Shown here in pieces: positions 1 through 8,436 of a stretch of DNA of 32,680 nucleotides; position 1 is the first letter of the stretch; each line of letters starts with the position of its first letter. Both the position numbers and the translations under genes were made by a program. Origin of the DNA: Patescibacteria group bacterium (GTDB lineage: Bacteria; Patescibacteriota; Minisyncoccia; GWA2-38-13b); assembly GCA_038065195.1 (NCBI GenBank), contig JBBTRL010000042.1, forward strand, positions 17,735 through 50,414, read 5' to 3'. The notes below the pieces were generated by a model. It ran no database searches. It was not told the DNA's origin and worked only from the letters and a program-made list of their open reading frames with translations.

Positions 1-117
1 TAAGTATTCCGAAAATTAATAAATTTTAAAAATAATATTTCAAAATCATTTTATCATACCAAACTTTTTTTGCATATTGACATATCTTCATTTAACTGTT
101 GCTTTGTAAAAATAATA

Positions 118-147
118 TTGCCAAAAATTAACTAATAATGCTATATT
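118..147 (+). promoter_or_regulatory. Putative sigma70 promoter of the protease gene
   Basis: TTGCCA (118-123) and extended -10 TGcTATATT (139-147); AAGGAGG RBS at 207-213 before ATG 218. Confidence 0.45.
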
Positions 148-217
148 ATAATATACGAAAGTTTTTTAAAAAATTATATTAAATTTTTAAATTTCATTTT
201 AATGAAAAGGAGGCGAT

Positions 218-1753
218 ATGATCAGAAAATCTGTTTTGACTTTTATTCTTTTAATGATTCCCGCATTACTTTCTTGCGGTTTTATGAATTACGAAAACAA
301 CCGCATAGTATCTTATAATACGGGAAAAATTGTCAATATTGATTTATCGGATGCTAAAATAACGAACACCGGCGATGAAAAACCGGAAGTTGTAAAAAAA
401 CTGAAAGAACTGGAAAATGAGCTGAACAAAAACGAAGACTGGACAGAAAGTGTTTGGATGATCCTCGTTTCATTCAAACCAAAAGGCGGTTATTATGAAC
501 CGCCTGGGGTGAAATTTTCCTTTGGTTCTTGCGTTTCAATATCACCCGCTGATCCGGCGTTCAAAATGAATGAATACGATATGGACGCAATGCAAAACCA
601 TGGCATTAATAAAAAAAACTACGACCCGGAAGCCAGTTATATGGACACAAATTATCATGTAGTAAGCATTTGGAACGAAGAAGACAAATTGCCGTTGGAA
701 ATTAAAAAAATATTTCGGACTAAATTTGGCGAAGAAAAAATTATTTCATATACGGCGGAATTGATAGGAATGATTCCCAGGGAAGATTACGCCGTTCTAA
801 AAATAAACAGAACTAAAATCCCCGCCCTGCCCATAGGCAACCTTGAAACGGTAAGCGATTTCCAAAAACAATATGGCTATCCGGTTATGGTCATAGGGTC
901 TCCATATATTATAGAGGGAACACTAAGTGAAGGAAAAGTTTTTTACCCTCCAATACATTTAGGAAATAATTTTTTTAACTTATTCGGCGCAACAGTTGAT
1001 ACACCCTTGAACGAAGAACGATATAGAACTATTGCCGATGTAAATCCCGGAAATTCCGGCGGCGCCTTAATAGGAATGACCGGAGAAAATAAAGGAAAAA
1101 TTATCGGAAAACCCTGCTCCGGATATCCTGGTTCAAGAATAAATTTTGCCATTCCGGATTATTTAATAAAAGAATTTTTTCCATTGATATTAACAGAAAA
1201 AATTCATACTCCAAGTTATTCCGGACTGATAATAGCCGATCCCAAAACGGCAATGAAAGATCTGCTAAATATCGCTTTCTTTGAAAAATTAGGATTAAAA
1301 TCCCTATACTTTGAAGCAGAAAATACCGAAGGAGTTCTAGTGGTAGGCTTTATGGAAGATTCGCCGTTAAAAACGAAAATAACAAATCCCTACGCAAGAG
1401 ATCAAGCCATTGATGATCCCAACTCAATAAAATACGGCGATATTATAACCGCTGTCAATAATAAAGAAACGAAAACTCCCAATGAATTTTTAAAAATACT
1501 CCGCGCCGTCACAGACGAAAAGGTGGAAATCAAGGTTACTAGATTCGCCAGCCACCAAGAAAACGGCAAAGAAATTTGGGAAAAAAAAGAAGTAGTCATT
1601 TCTAAAACCAAAAAGGAAATGACACTGAGAGGAAAAGATTATAAAATTTTATACGAAAGGGTTAAAAAATACGGATTCTCGGCATTATTTCAAAACGCCG
1701 AGATGCGCGGAACCGAAATACCATTTAAAACTGATTTAAAATTATTACAATAA
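218..1753 (+). CDS. HtrA/DegP-like S1C serine protease with PDZ domain, probable lipoprotein
   Basis: Catalytic triad motifs TNYHVV, EDYAVLKI, NPGNSGGAL; PDZ-like GVLVVG...GDIITAVN; hydrophobic N-terminus ending in lipobox-like LLSC. Confidence 0.85.
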   Translation: MIRKSVLTFILLMIPALLSCGFMNYENNRIVSYNTGKIVNIDLSDAKITNTGDEKPEVVKKLKELENELNKNEDWTESVWMILVSFKPKGGYYEPPGVKFSFGSCVSISPADPAFKMNEYDMDAMQNHGINKKNYDPEASYMDTNYHVVSIWNEEDKLPLEIKKIFRTKFGEEKIISYTAELIGMIPREDYAVLKINRTKIPALPIGNLETVSDFQKQYGYPVMVIGSPYIIEGTLSEGKVFYPPIHLGNNFFNLFGATVDTPLNEERYRTIADVNPGNSGGALIGMTGENKGKIIGKPCSGYPGSRINFAIPDYLIKEFFPLILTEKIHTPSYSGLIIADPKTAMKDLLNIAFFEKLGLKSLYFEAENTEGVLVVGFMEDSPLKTKITNPYARDQAIDDPNSIKYGDIITAVNNKETKTPNEFLKILRAVTDEKVEIKVTRFASHQENGKEIWEKKEVVISKTKKEMTLRGKDYKILYERVKKYGFSALFQNAEMRGTEIPFKTDLKLLQ

Positions 1754-1762
1754 TAAAATAGG

Positions 1763-1794
1763 ATAGCTCATTGATTAATCAATGAGCTATTTTT
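1763..1794 (+). terminator. Rho-independent terminator-like perfect palindrome
   Basis: ATAGCTCATTGATT/AATCAATGAGCTAT (1763-1790) followed by a T run, 10 bp after the stop codon. Confidence 0.7.
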
Positions 1795-1814
1795 ATTAAT
1801 TTTATTTAATTTTT

Positions 1815-1844
1815 TCCGCCCAAGGCGGACCAACCTCGGGCTGG
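1815..1844 (+). repeat. 30-bp double-hairpin element (family B), intergenic copy
   Basis: TCCGCC-CAA-GGCGGA-CCAACC-TCG-GGCTGG; 27/30 identical to the reverse complement of 12295-12324 inside gatB. Confidence 0.85.
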
Positions 1845-1861
1845 GATTTATAAAAAATACC

Positions 1862-1870
1862 TGCTATAAT
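1862..1870 (+). promoter_or_regulatory. Extended -10 box, probably a leaderless promoter for dnaE
   Basis: TGCTATAAT lies 6 nt before ATG 1877, the inferred pre-insertion start. Confidence 0.6.
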
Positions 1871-1881
1871 TGGACTATGAA

Positions 1882-2011
1882 CCCCGTTAGAAATCTGATG
1901 ATTTTGTTTAATTATTATTAAAAAGCAATATGCTTAAAGATTCGTTTCAACAATCCAATAACGAGCAAAAAATTTCGGAAGAAAATTTTTTGCCCAAGAT
2001 TTCTAACGGGG
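1882..2011 (+). mobile_element. MITE-like start-codon element (family A), copy 1, at the dnaE start
   Basis: 15-bp perfect TIR CCCCGTTAGAAATCT/AGATTTCTAACGGGG; flanks ATGAA|...|TAAA; internal hairpin GCAAAAAATTT..AAATTTTTTGC; homologous to copy 4. Confidence 0.9.
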
Positions 2012-5000
2012 TAAATTTTACTCACCTCCATGTCCATAGTCATTTCTCGCTCCTTGACGGTCTCGCTAAAATAGACGAACTCTTGGATCGCGTCAAAGAG
2101 TTAGGAATGGATTCGGTGGCCCTTACCGATCACGGCGTAATGTATGGCGCGATTGAATTTTACAAAAAAGCGAAAGCGCGCGGAATAAAACCGATTATCG
2201 GAATAGAACTATATATTGCCCCGAATGGAATGTTGAATAAACGCCCAAAAATTGACGACAAAAGATATCATATAATACTTTTAGCCAAAAATAATATCGG
2301 ATATAAAAATCTCATTAAACTTACAACCCTTGCTCATCTGGAGGGTTTTTATTATAAACCGCGAATTGACAAAGAATTATTAAAAAAATATTCGGAAGGA
2401 TTGATAGGCGCAAGCGCCTGCGTTTCCGGAGAAATATCACGGCTCGCCATCGCCGGAAAATACGATGAAGCGGAAAAAGCCGCGCTTGAATACGAAAATA
2501 TTTTCGGCAAGGGAAATTTCTATCTTGAAATCGGATACCACCCAAACATACCGGAACAAAAAATAGCTAACGAAGCTTTAATTAAAATTGGCAAAAAAAA
2601 TAATATCGGAATTATAGCAACAAACGATATGCATTATTTAAAAAAGGAAGACGCTGAAGCGCAAGATATTTTATTGGCCATCCAAACGAAAAGTTTAATC
2701 AGCGATACCGACCGTCTAACGATGAAAGACGAAGATTTTTCAATGAAATCGCCGGAAGAAATGGCGAAAAACTTCGAAGATATTCCCGAAGCGCTGGAAA
2801 ACACGCAAAAAATAGCGGATTCGTGCGATCTGGAAATAGAACTTGGAAAAACTCAACTTCCCCACTTTGAAGTTCCCAATGGAAAAACCACTGACGAATA
2901 TCTCAAACAGTTATGCGCGGAAGGAATGGAAAAAAAATACGGGATAATAACCGATATTATTGCCCAACGATTAGAATACGAACTCTTGGTCATCAAGCAA
3001 ACTGGCTTCGCTTCTTATATTCTTATTGTATGGGATTTTGTCTCTTGGGCGAAAAACAATAATATAATTGTCGGACCGGGTCGCGGATCGGCTGCGGGCA
3101 GCATAGTTTCTTATTTATTGAATATTACCGCGATTGACCCGCTAAAATACAATCTGCTTTTTGAAAGATTCTTAAATCCGGAAAGAATCAGTATGCCAGA
3201 TATTGATTTAGATTTTGCCGATACCGGAAGAGACAAAGTTATAGAATATGTTTCTAAAAAATACGGCAAAGATCATGTGGCGCAAATTATCACCTTCGGG
3301 ACTATGGCGGCAAAAGCCGCGGTGCGCGATACGGGCAGAGTTTTAGGCTACCCATATGCTTTCTGCGATCAAACCGCGAAAATGATTCCAATGTTTATGT
3401 CTTTGGAGGAAGCGTTGAACAATGTTCCGGAGCTTAAACAAGCGTATAATTCAAATCCAGACACCAAGAAACTGATTGATTCGGCAAGAAAATTGGAAGG
3501 AGTGGCGCGCCATGCCTCAACGCATGCCTGCGGTGTTGTAATTACCAAAGAAAAATTAGAAAACTACGCTCCGCTTCAACGCGCTCCGCAAAACGAAAAC
3601 AGCGTTATCACGCAATACGAAATGCATGCCATAGAAGACTTGGGATTGCTTAAAATGGATTTTTTAGGACTTAAAAATCTGACTATAATTGAAACGGCGA
3701 TACAGATCATTAAAAATACTAAAAATGAAACTATTGATTTCAATACTATTCCATTGGATGACCAAAAAACATTTGAACTTTTTCAAAAAGGAAACACTAC
3801 CGGAATCTTCCAATACGAATCCGGCGGAATGAAAAGAAATTTACGCGCGCTAAAACCGACTGTATTTGAAGATCTGATAGCTATGAACGCTCTCTATCGT
3901 CCCGGACCGATGGAACACATCCCTGAATACATTGACGCCAAACACGGACGAAAAAAAATAAACTACTTGCATCCTAAAATGAAACCGATTCTTGAAAATA
4001 CTTACGGAGTCATAGTTTACCAAGAGCAAGTTTTGGAAATCGTCAAACAACTCGCCGGATTCAGCTATGGAGAGGCGGATGTATTAAGAAAAGCGGTGGG
4101 CAAAAAAATAAAATCCCTACTGGAAGAACAGAAAAATAAACTCATAGAAAAATTGACGAAAAACGGTATTGGCAATGAACTGACGGAAAAAATATGGAAC
4201 TTCATTGAACCATTCGCTCGTTATGGTTTTAATAAATCGCACAGCGCCTGCTATGCCACAATCGGCTATCAAACCGCTTATTTAAAAACGAATTACCCGA
4301 CGGAATTTATGGCGGCGCTGATGAATTCCGAACAAAATGATATTGAAAGAATTGCGGAAATTATCAAAGAATGCAATGATATGGACATAGAAGTATTACC
4401 GCCAAATATCAATGAAAGTTTTTCCAATTTTACCGTAGTAAACCAGAAACAAATAAGATTCGGGCTGGCTGCCGTTAAAAATGTCGGTGAAAATGTAGTG
4501 GCGGCTATCATCGCCGAACGCAAAGAAAATGGAAAATATAATAAAATTGAAGAATTTATAACACGGGTGCAATCAAAAGACCTTAATAAAAAATCTCTTG
4601 AATCGCTCGTCAAATGCGGCGCGACAGAAGAACTTGGCGAAAGAAAAAAACTGCTGGCAAATATTGAAGATCTTTTAAAATTAGCTCGAGATTTTCAAAA
4701 ATCCAAAGAACAGGGTCAATTCAGTCTGTTTGAAAATGCGCCATGCCTATCGGCAGGCAGGCAAAATAAAAATACTCTGCCCCCCATTCGCCTTAAAGAA
4801 AGTTTAGCCGCGACTAAAAACGAACGGCTCCAGTGGGAAAAAGAATTGCTGGGTCTTTATATATCGGAACATCCATTAAAAGAATTTAAAAATCAACTTG
4901 AAGCTCTTGATTCCATAAAAGAAATTCGATCAAAAACAGACGGAAATATAATATGCGGAGGCATTATAAATAAAATTAAAAAAATTCTTACGCGCCAAAA

Positions 5001-5445
5001 TCAAACAATGCTTTTTGTGGAAATGGAAGACCTTACCGGTCAAATAGAAATAATCGTATTCCCCCGCACCCTGGAATCCAATCCGCTTATTTGGCAAAAT
5101 GATAAAATGATTGTTGTTGAAGGCGCGATGAATAATAAAGACGGAGTACCAAAAATAATAGCCAATAAAACATACTTCTTGGAAGAATATTTAAAAAATG
5201 CCGCTAAAAAACCGGCTATCAAGCATTTGCAAATTAATCTGCAGAAAAATTCCGGAAATCGCTTAATGCAAGATTTGCAAAAAATATTCTCGGAGTTTCC
5301 TGCAGGTTCTACGCAAATATCAATTTCTATTCCTAACGACGGACCGAAACCAAATACCATTGAAACTCCTTATAAAATAAAATATGATGAAAGTATAATA
5401 ACAAAACTTAAACAAATGGGAATAAACGAAATACAAATAATTTAA
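1930..5445 (+). CDS. dnaE: DNA polymerase III alpha subunit (first 27-28 aa are element-derived)
   Basis: PHP motif FTHLHVHSHFSLLDG, plus GPGRGSAAGS, ERISMPDIDLDF, LLKMDFLGL, YGFNKSHS. Confidence 0.98.
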   Translation: MLKDSFQQSNNEQKISEENFLPKISNGVNFTHLHVHSHFSLLDGLAKIDELLDRVKELGMDSVALTDHGVMYGAIEFYKKAKARGIKPIIGIELYIAPNGMLNKRPKIDDKRYHIILLAKNNIGYKNLIKLTTLAHLEGFYYKPRIDKELLKKYSEGLIGASACVSGEISRLAIAGKYDEAEKAALEYENIFGKGNFYLEIGYHPNIPEQKIANEALIKIGKKNNIGIIATNDMHYLKKEDAEAQDILLAIQTKSLISDTDRLTMKDEDFSMKSPEEMAKNFEDIPEALENTQKIADSCDLEIELGKTQLPHFEVPNGKTTDEYLKQLCAEGMEKKYGIITDIIAQRLEYELLVIKQTGFASYILIVWDFVSWAKNNNIIVGPGRGSAAGSIVSYLLNITAIDPLKYNLLFERFLNPERISMPDIDLDFADTGRDKVIEYVSKKYGKDHVAQIITFGTMAAKAAVRDTGRVLGYPYAFCDQTAKMIPMFMSLEEALNNVPELKQAYNSNPDTKKLIDSARKLEGVARHASTHACGVVITKEKLENYAPLQRAPQNENSVITQYEMHAIEDLGLLKMDFLGLKNLTIIETAIQIIKNTKNETIDFNTIPLDDQKTFELFQKGNTTGIFQYESGGMKRNLRALKPTVFEDLIAMNALYRPGPMEHIPEYIDAKHGRKKINYLHPKMKPILENTYGVIVYQEQVLEIVKQLAGFSYGEADVLRKAVGKKIKSLLEEQKNKLIEKLTKNGIGNELTEKIWNFIEPFARYGFNKSHSACYATIGYQTAYLKTNYPTEFMAALMNSEQNDIERIAEIIKECNDMDIEVLPPNINESFSNFTVVNQKQIRFGLAAVKNVGENVVAAIIAERKENGKYNKIEEFITRVQSKDLNKKSLESLVKCGATEELGERKKLLANIEDLLKLARDFQKSKEQGQFSLFENAPCLSAGRQNKNTLPPIRLKESLAATKNERLQWEKELLGLYISEHPLKEFKNQLEALDSIKEIRSKTDGNIICGGIINKIKKILTRQNQTMLFVEMEDLTGQIEIIVFPRTLESNPLIWQNDKMIVVEGAMNNKDGVPKIIANKTYFLEEYLKNAAKKPAIKHLQINLQKNSGNRLMQDLQKIFSEFPAGSTQISISIPNDGPKPNTIETPYKIKYDESIITKLKQMGINEIQII
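4740..4762 (+). repeat. Short imperfect GC-rich palindrome (family D), in frame in the dnaE linker, encoding PCLSAGRQ
   Basis: GCCATGCCTATCGGCAGGCAGGC; 17/19 match to intergenic GCCATACCTACCGGCAGGC at 10114-10132. Confidence 0.65.
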
Positions 5446-5455
5446 TTTTTACATT

Positions 5456-6499
5456 ATGGAAAAAATTGAAACAATAAAAAAAACGGAAAATATAAATACA
5501 AATAAAGAGCAATGGATTGTCTGGGAAGAATATGAAAAATTAAAAAAAGATCCCGGCGCTTCATTATCAACCGAGGGATTGCCGACGGAAAACGAAATAG
5601 ATGATTTTTGCCCGTTATTGCCGATTGAAAAATACAAAAAAATATCTGCGCCAACCAAATATTCATTAAGTGGCAAATTATTTATTTTTGAAAAAGAAAC
5701 AAACGCTATTGCCGCTGTCTATCGTATAAAAAAAGAAAATGACGCATTATGCGAAACGAGAAAATTTTTCAATATTTTTAATAAATCCTATAACGGCTTC
5801 ACGAACATAACCATAAAATATTTATTGGAGGAAAACGAACAAAACAATATCGCAACACGAAAACCGATCAATTTAATCGTGACCGATGCCATTGATCTGG
5901 AAAGAATAATAAAATACGAAGATTTAACCATCAACGAAAACTCTATTTTAAAATCAGAAACATCCAATACCGTCAATATGATTACTTTTGAAAAAATAAA
6001 GAGAGAAGATACGAATAATTCAGCTCAAGAATCTGCGAAAAAAGATTACGAAAATTTTCAAAAAAATGGAAAAATCAATTTAAAAACAGAAGAATATTTA
6101 TTCGAAAAATCCTATAAAATGGAAATTTGGGAAAAAACAGATAATTCCGGCAAAAAACAATACAAAGCATTTATGAAAGATGGAAATAATATATTGAGTA
6201 TGATTGACTATGTAACAAATGAAAATGGCGTAACGAATCGCTTTTCTGAAAAAATTTTTAATGTTTTCAATACAACAAACAAAAAATACGAAAACATAAA
6301 GACAGAACGCTTAATGAATGAAAAAAATGAATTGGATGAAATATCAGTAATAAAAACGGATCCGAAAACGAATGAAATTTTAAGTTTTTATGACAGTGAA
6401 AAAATAAATGAAGTCAAAGGAAGCGATCCAATAAATAAATTTATTTTAGAGGGAAATAAAACTATAGAAAATATCTTTAAAAATATAAAAAATCAATGA
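5456..6499 (+). CDS. Hypothetical protein (347 aa, K/E/N-rich)
   Basis: Long ORF between dnaE and thrS with an ATGA overlap on thrS; no recognised motif. Confidence 0.7.
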   Translation: MEKIETIKKTENINTNKEQWIVWEEYEKLKKDPGASLSTEGLPTENEIDDFCPLLPIEKYKKISAPTKYSLSGKLFIFEKETNAIAAVYRIKKENDALCETRKFFNIFNKSYNGFTNITIKYLLEENEQNNIATRKPINLIVTDAIDLERIIKYEDLTINENSILKSETSNTVNMITFEKIKREDTNNSAQESAKKDYENFQKNGKINLKTEEYLFEKSYKMEIWEKTDNSGKKQYKAFMKDGNNILSMIDYVTNENGVTNRFSEKIFNVFNTTNKKYENIKTERLMNEKNELDEISVIKTDPKTNEILSFYDSEKINEVKGSDPINKFILEGNKTIENIFKNIKNQ

Positions 6500-8325
6500 A
6501 AAAAATAAATGAAATTGAAAAAATCCGCCACAGTTTAAGCCATCTTCTTGCGATAGCTGTTTTGGAAATTTTCCCGAACGCAAAACTTGGGATAGGACCA
6601 ATTATTGAAAACGGTTTTTATTACGACTTTGATCTGTCCGCCGTAGCTGAGAGCGAAGGCGGATTAACTCCCGATCAATTACCCAAAATAGAAAAAAGAA
6701 TGCGGGAACTTGTTAAAATGGGTTTATTATTTCAAAAAGAAATAATTGATTTCGCGAAAGCGAAAAAGACATTCAAAAACAAACCATATAAATTGGAATT
6801 AATTAAAGAAATAAATAAAAATAAACAGAAAATAACAGTATACAAAACATTCGCAAAATACCAAATACCAAATACCAAATACCAAATACAATTTACTTAC
6901 TTGTGCGCTGGACCGCATATTAAATCAACAAAAGAAATCAATCCCGCGGCTTTCAAACTGACTAAAGTCGCGGGCGCTTATTGGCGAGGCGATGAAAAAA
7001 ATAAAATGCTTACCCGTATTTATGGAATTGCTTTTAATTCAGAAAAAGAACTCAAAGAACATATTGAAATGCTTGAAGAAGTGGAAAAAAGAGATCATAG
7101 AAAATTAGGCAAAGAACTTGACCTTTTTACTTTCTCGGATGAAGTAGGTGCTGGGTTGCCTCTTTGGCTTCCTAAGGGAGAAACTATTCGTCACGAACTT
7201 GAAAAATGGGCGCGCGAAACGGAAAAAAAATGGGGGTATCAGCATATTGCAACACCGCATATCACCAAAAGTAAACTTTATGAAATCTCCGGTCATCTTC
7301 CTTATTATAAAGACGACCTTTATTCTCCCATTAACATTGAAGGAGAGGAATACTATTTAAAACCTATGAATTGTCCGCATACGCATATGATATATAACGC
7401 GCGGTTAAGAAGTTACCGCGAATTACCTTTGCGTCTCGCCGAATATGGGCAAGTCTACCGCTTTGAAAAATCTGGAACACTGCATGGCTTAATGCGTGTC
7501 CGCGGATTCTGCCAAAACGATGCTCATATATATGTTCAACCGGAAAAAGCGGTTGAAGAATTTATCAATGTTATAAAAATGCACGAATATTATTATAAAA
7601 CACTCGGTATCCAAAATTGGCGAGTGGTACTCGGAACTAGAGATCGTAAAAATTTAAGAAAAAAATATCATGGCAACGACGCAATGTGGGATATGGCCGA
7701 AAAATTATCAAAAGAAGCGCTTGAAAAATCGAGCATAAAATATGAAATTGAAGAGGGCGGAGCGGCGCATTACGGACCAAAAGCAGACATATATATACAA
7801 TCGGTTATCGGTAAAGAATATGCCATAGGCACCGACCAACTTGATCTCTATATGCCGCAACGGTTTAATTTGTCTTATATAGATAAAAACGGAAAAGAAA
7901 CGATGCCATACATCATACATCGCGCGCCATTGGGATCGCACGAAAGAATGATCGGATTTTTAATTGAACACTACGCAGGCGCTTTTCCAATATGGCTATC
8001 ACCCATTCAAGTCCGCATTGTTCCAATAAGCGAAAAATTCAATAAATATGGAATTGAAATTTTAGAAAAACTCAAGCAATTTGATATACGAGCGGAACTT
8101 GACGACAACAACGAAACTTTGGGGAAAAAAATAAGAGAAGGCGAAAAACAAAAAACGCCGTATTTGTTGATACTCGGCGGCAGAGAGGAAGAAAATAAAA
8201 CCGTCGGGGTTCGCCAACGCGGTAAAGGCGATATGGGCGAAATGAAAATGGTCGAATTCTTGGAAAAAATAAAAAATGAAATTAATAATAAAGATCTCCC
8301 GAAAGAGAATAATAAAAAATTATAA
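6496..8325 (+). CDS. thrS: Threonine--tRNA ligase (lacks the N-terminal TGS domain)
   Basis: RHSLSHLL, GFYYDFD, LCAGPH, RDHRKLG, LKPMNCP, IHRAPLGSHER. Confidence 0.98.
   Translation: MKKINEIEKIRHSLSHLLAIAVLEIFPNAKLGIGPIIENGFYYDFDLSAVAESEGGLTPDQLPKIEKRMRELVKMGLLFQKEIIDFAKAKKTFKNKPYKLELIKEINKNKQKITVYKTFAKYQIPNTKYQIQFTYLCAGPHIKSTKEINPAAFKLTKVAGAYWRGDEKNKMLTRIYGIAFNSEKELKEHIEMLEEVEKRDHRKLGKELDLFTFSDEVGAGLPLWLPKGETIRHELEKWARETEKKWGYQHIATPHITKSKLYEISGHLPYYKDDLYSPINIEGEEYYLKPMNCPHTHMIYNARLRSYRELPLRLAEYGQVYRFEKSGTLHGLMRVRGFCQNDAHIYVQPEKAVEEFINVIKMHEYYYKTLGIQNWRVVLGTRDRKNLRKKYHGNDAMWDMAEKLSKEALEKSSIKYEIEEGGAAHYGPKADIYIQSVIGKEYAIGTDQLDLYMPQRFNLSYIDKNGKETMPYIIHRAPLGSHERMIGFLIEHYAGAFPIWLSPIQVRIVPISEKFNKYGIEILEKLKQFDIRAELDDNNETLGKKIREGEKQKTPYLLILGGREEENKTVGVRQRGKGDMGEMKMVEFLEKIKNEINNKDLPKENNKKL
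6637..6663 (+). repeat. 27-bp hairpin insert, in frame in thrS (SAVAESEGG)
   Basis: TCCGCC-GTA-GCT-GAG-AGC-GAA-GGCGGA; same outer TCCGCC/GGCGGA stem as family B. Confidence 0.7.
6856..6890 (+). repeat. Heptamer tandem repeat (AAATACC)x4 + AAATACA inside thrS
   Basis: Directly visible; encodes KYQIPNTKYQIQ just before F-x-x-LCAGPH. Confidence 0.95.
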
Positions 8326-8436
8326 CTTTATTTTTGAAATAAACTAATTTACTTTGAATTACGAAACGCTTTAATTTAATTTTTCATAATTCAAGGTAAT
8401 TAAATTAGTTTATTTCAATAAAACATATAACATCTT

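Noticed and set aside
1882-2011. Assigning family A to a named IS family
   Set aside because: No transposase is in the window and the TIR/duplication boundary is ambiguous, so it cannot be supported without a database search.
1930-5445. Possible intein or intron in dnaE
   Set aside because: The length is normal, motifs are contiguous, and no intein splice motifs were seen.
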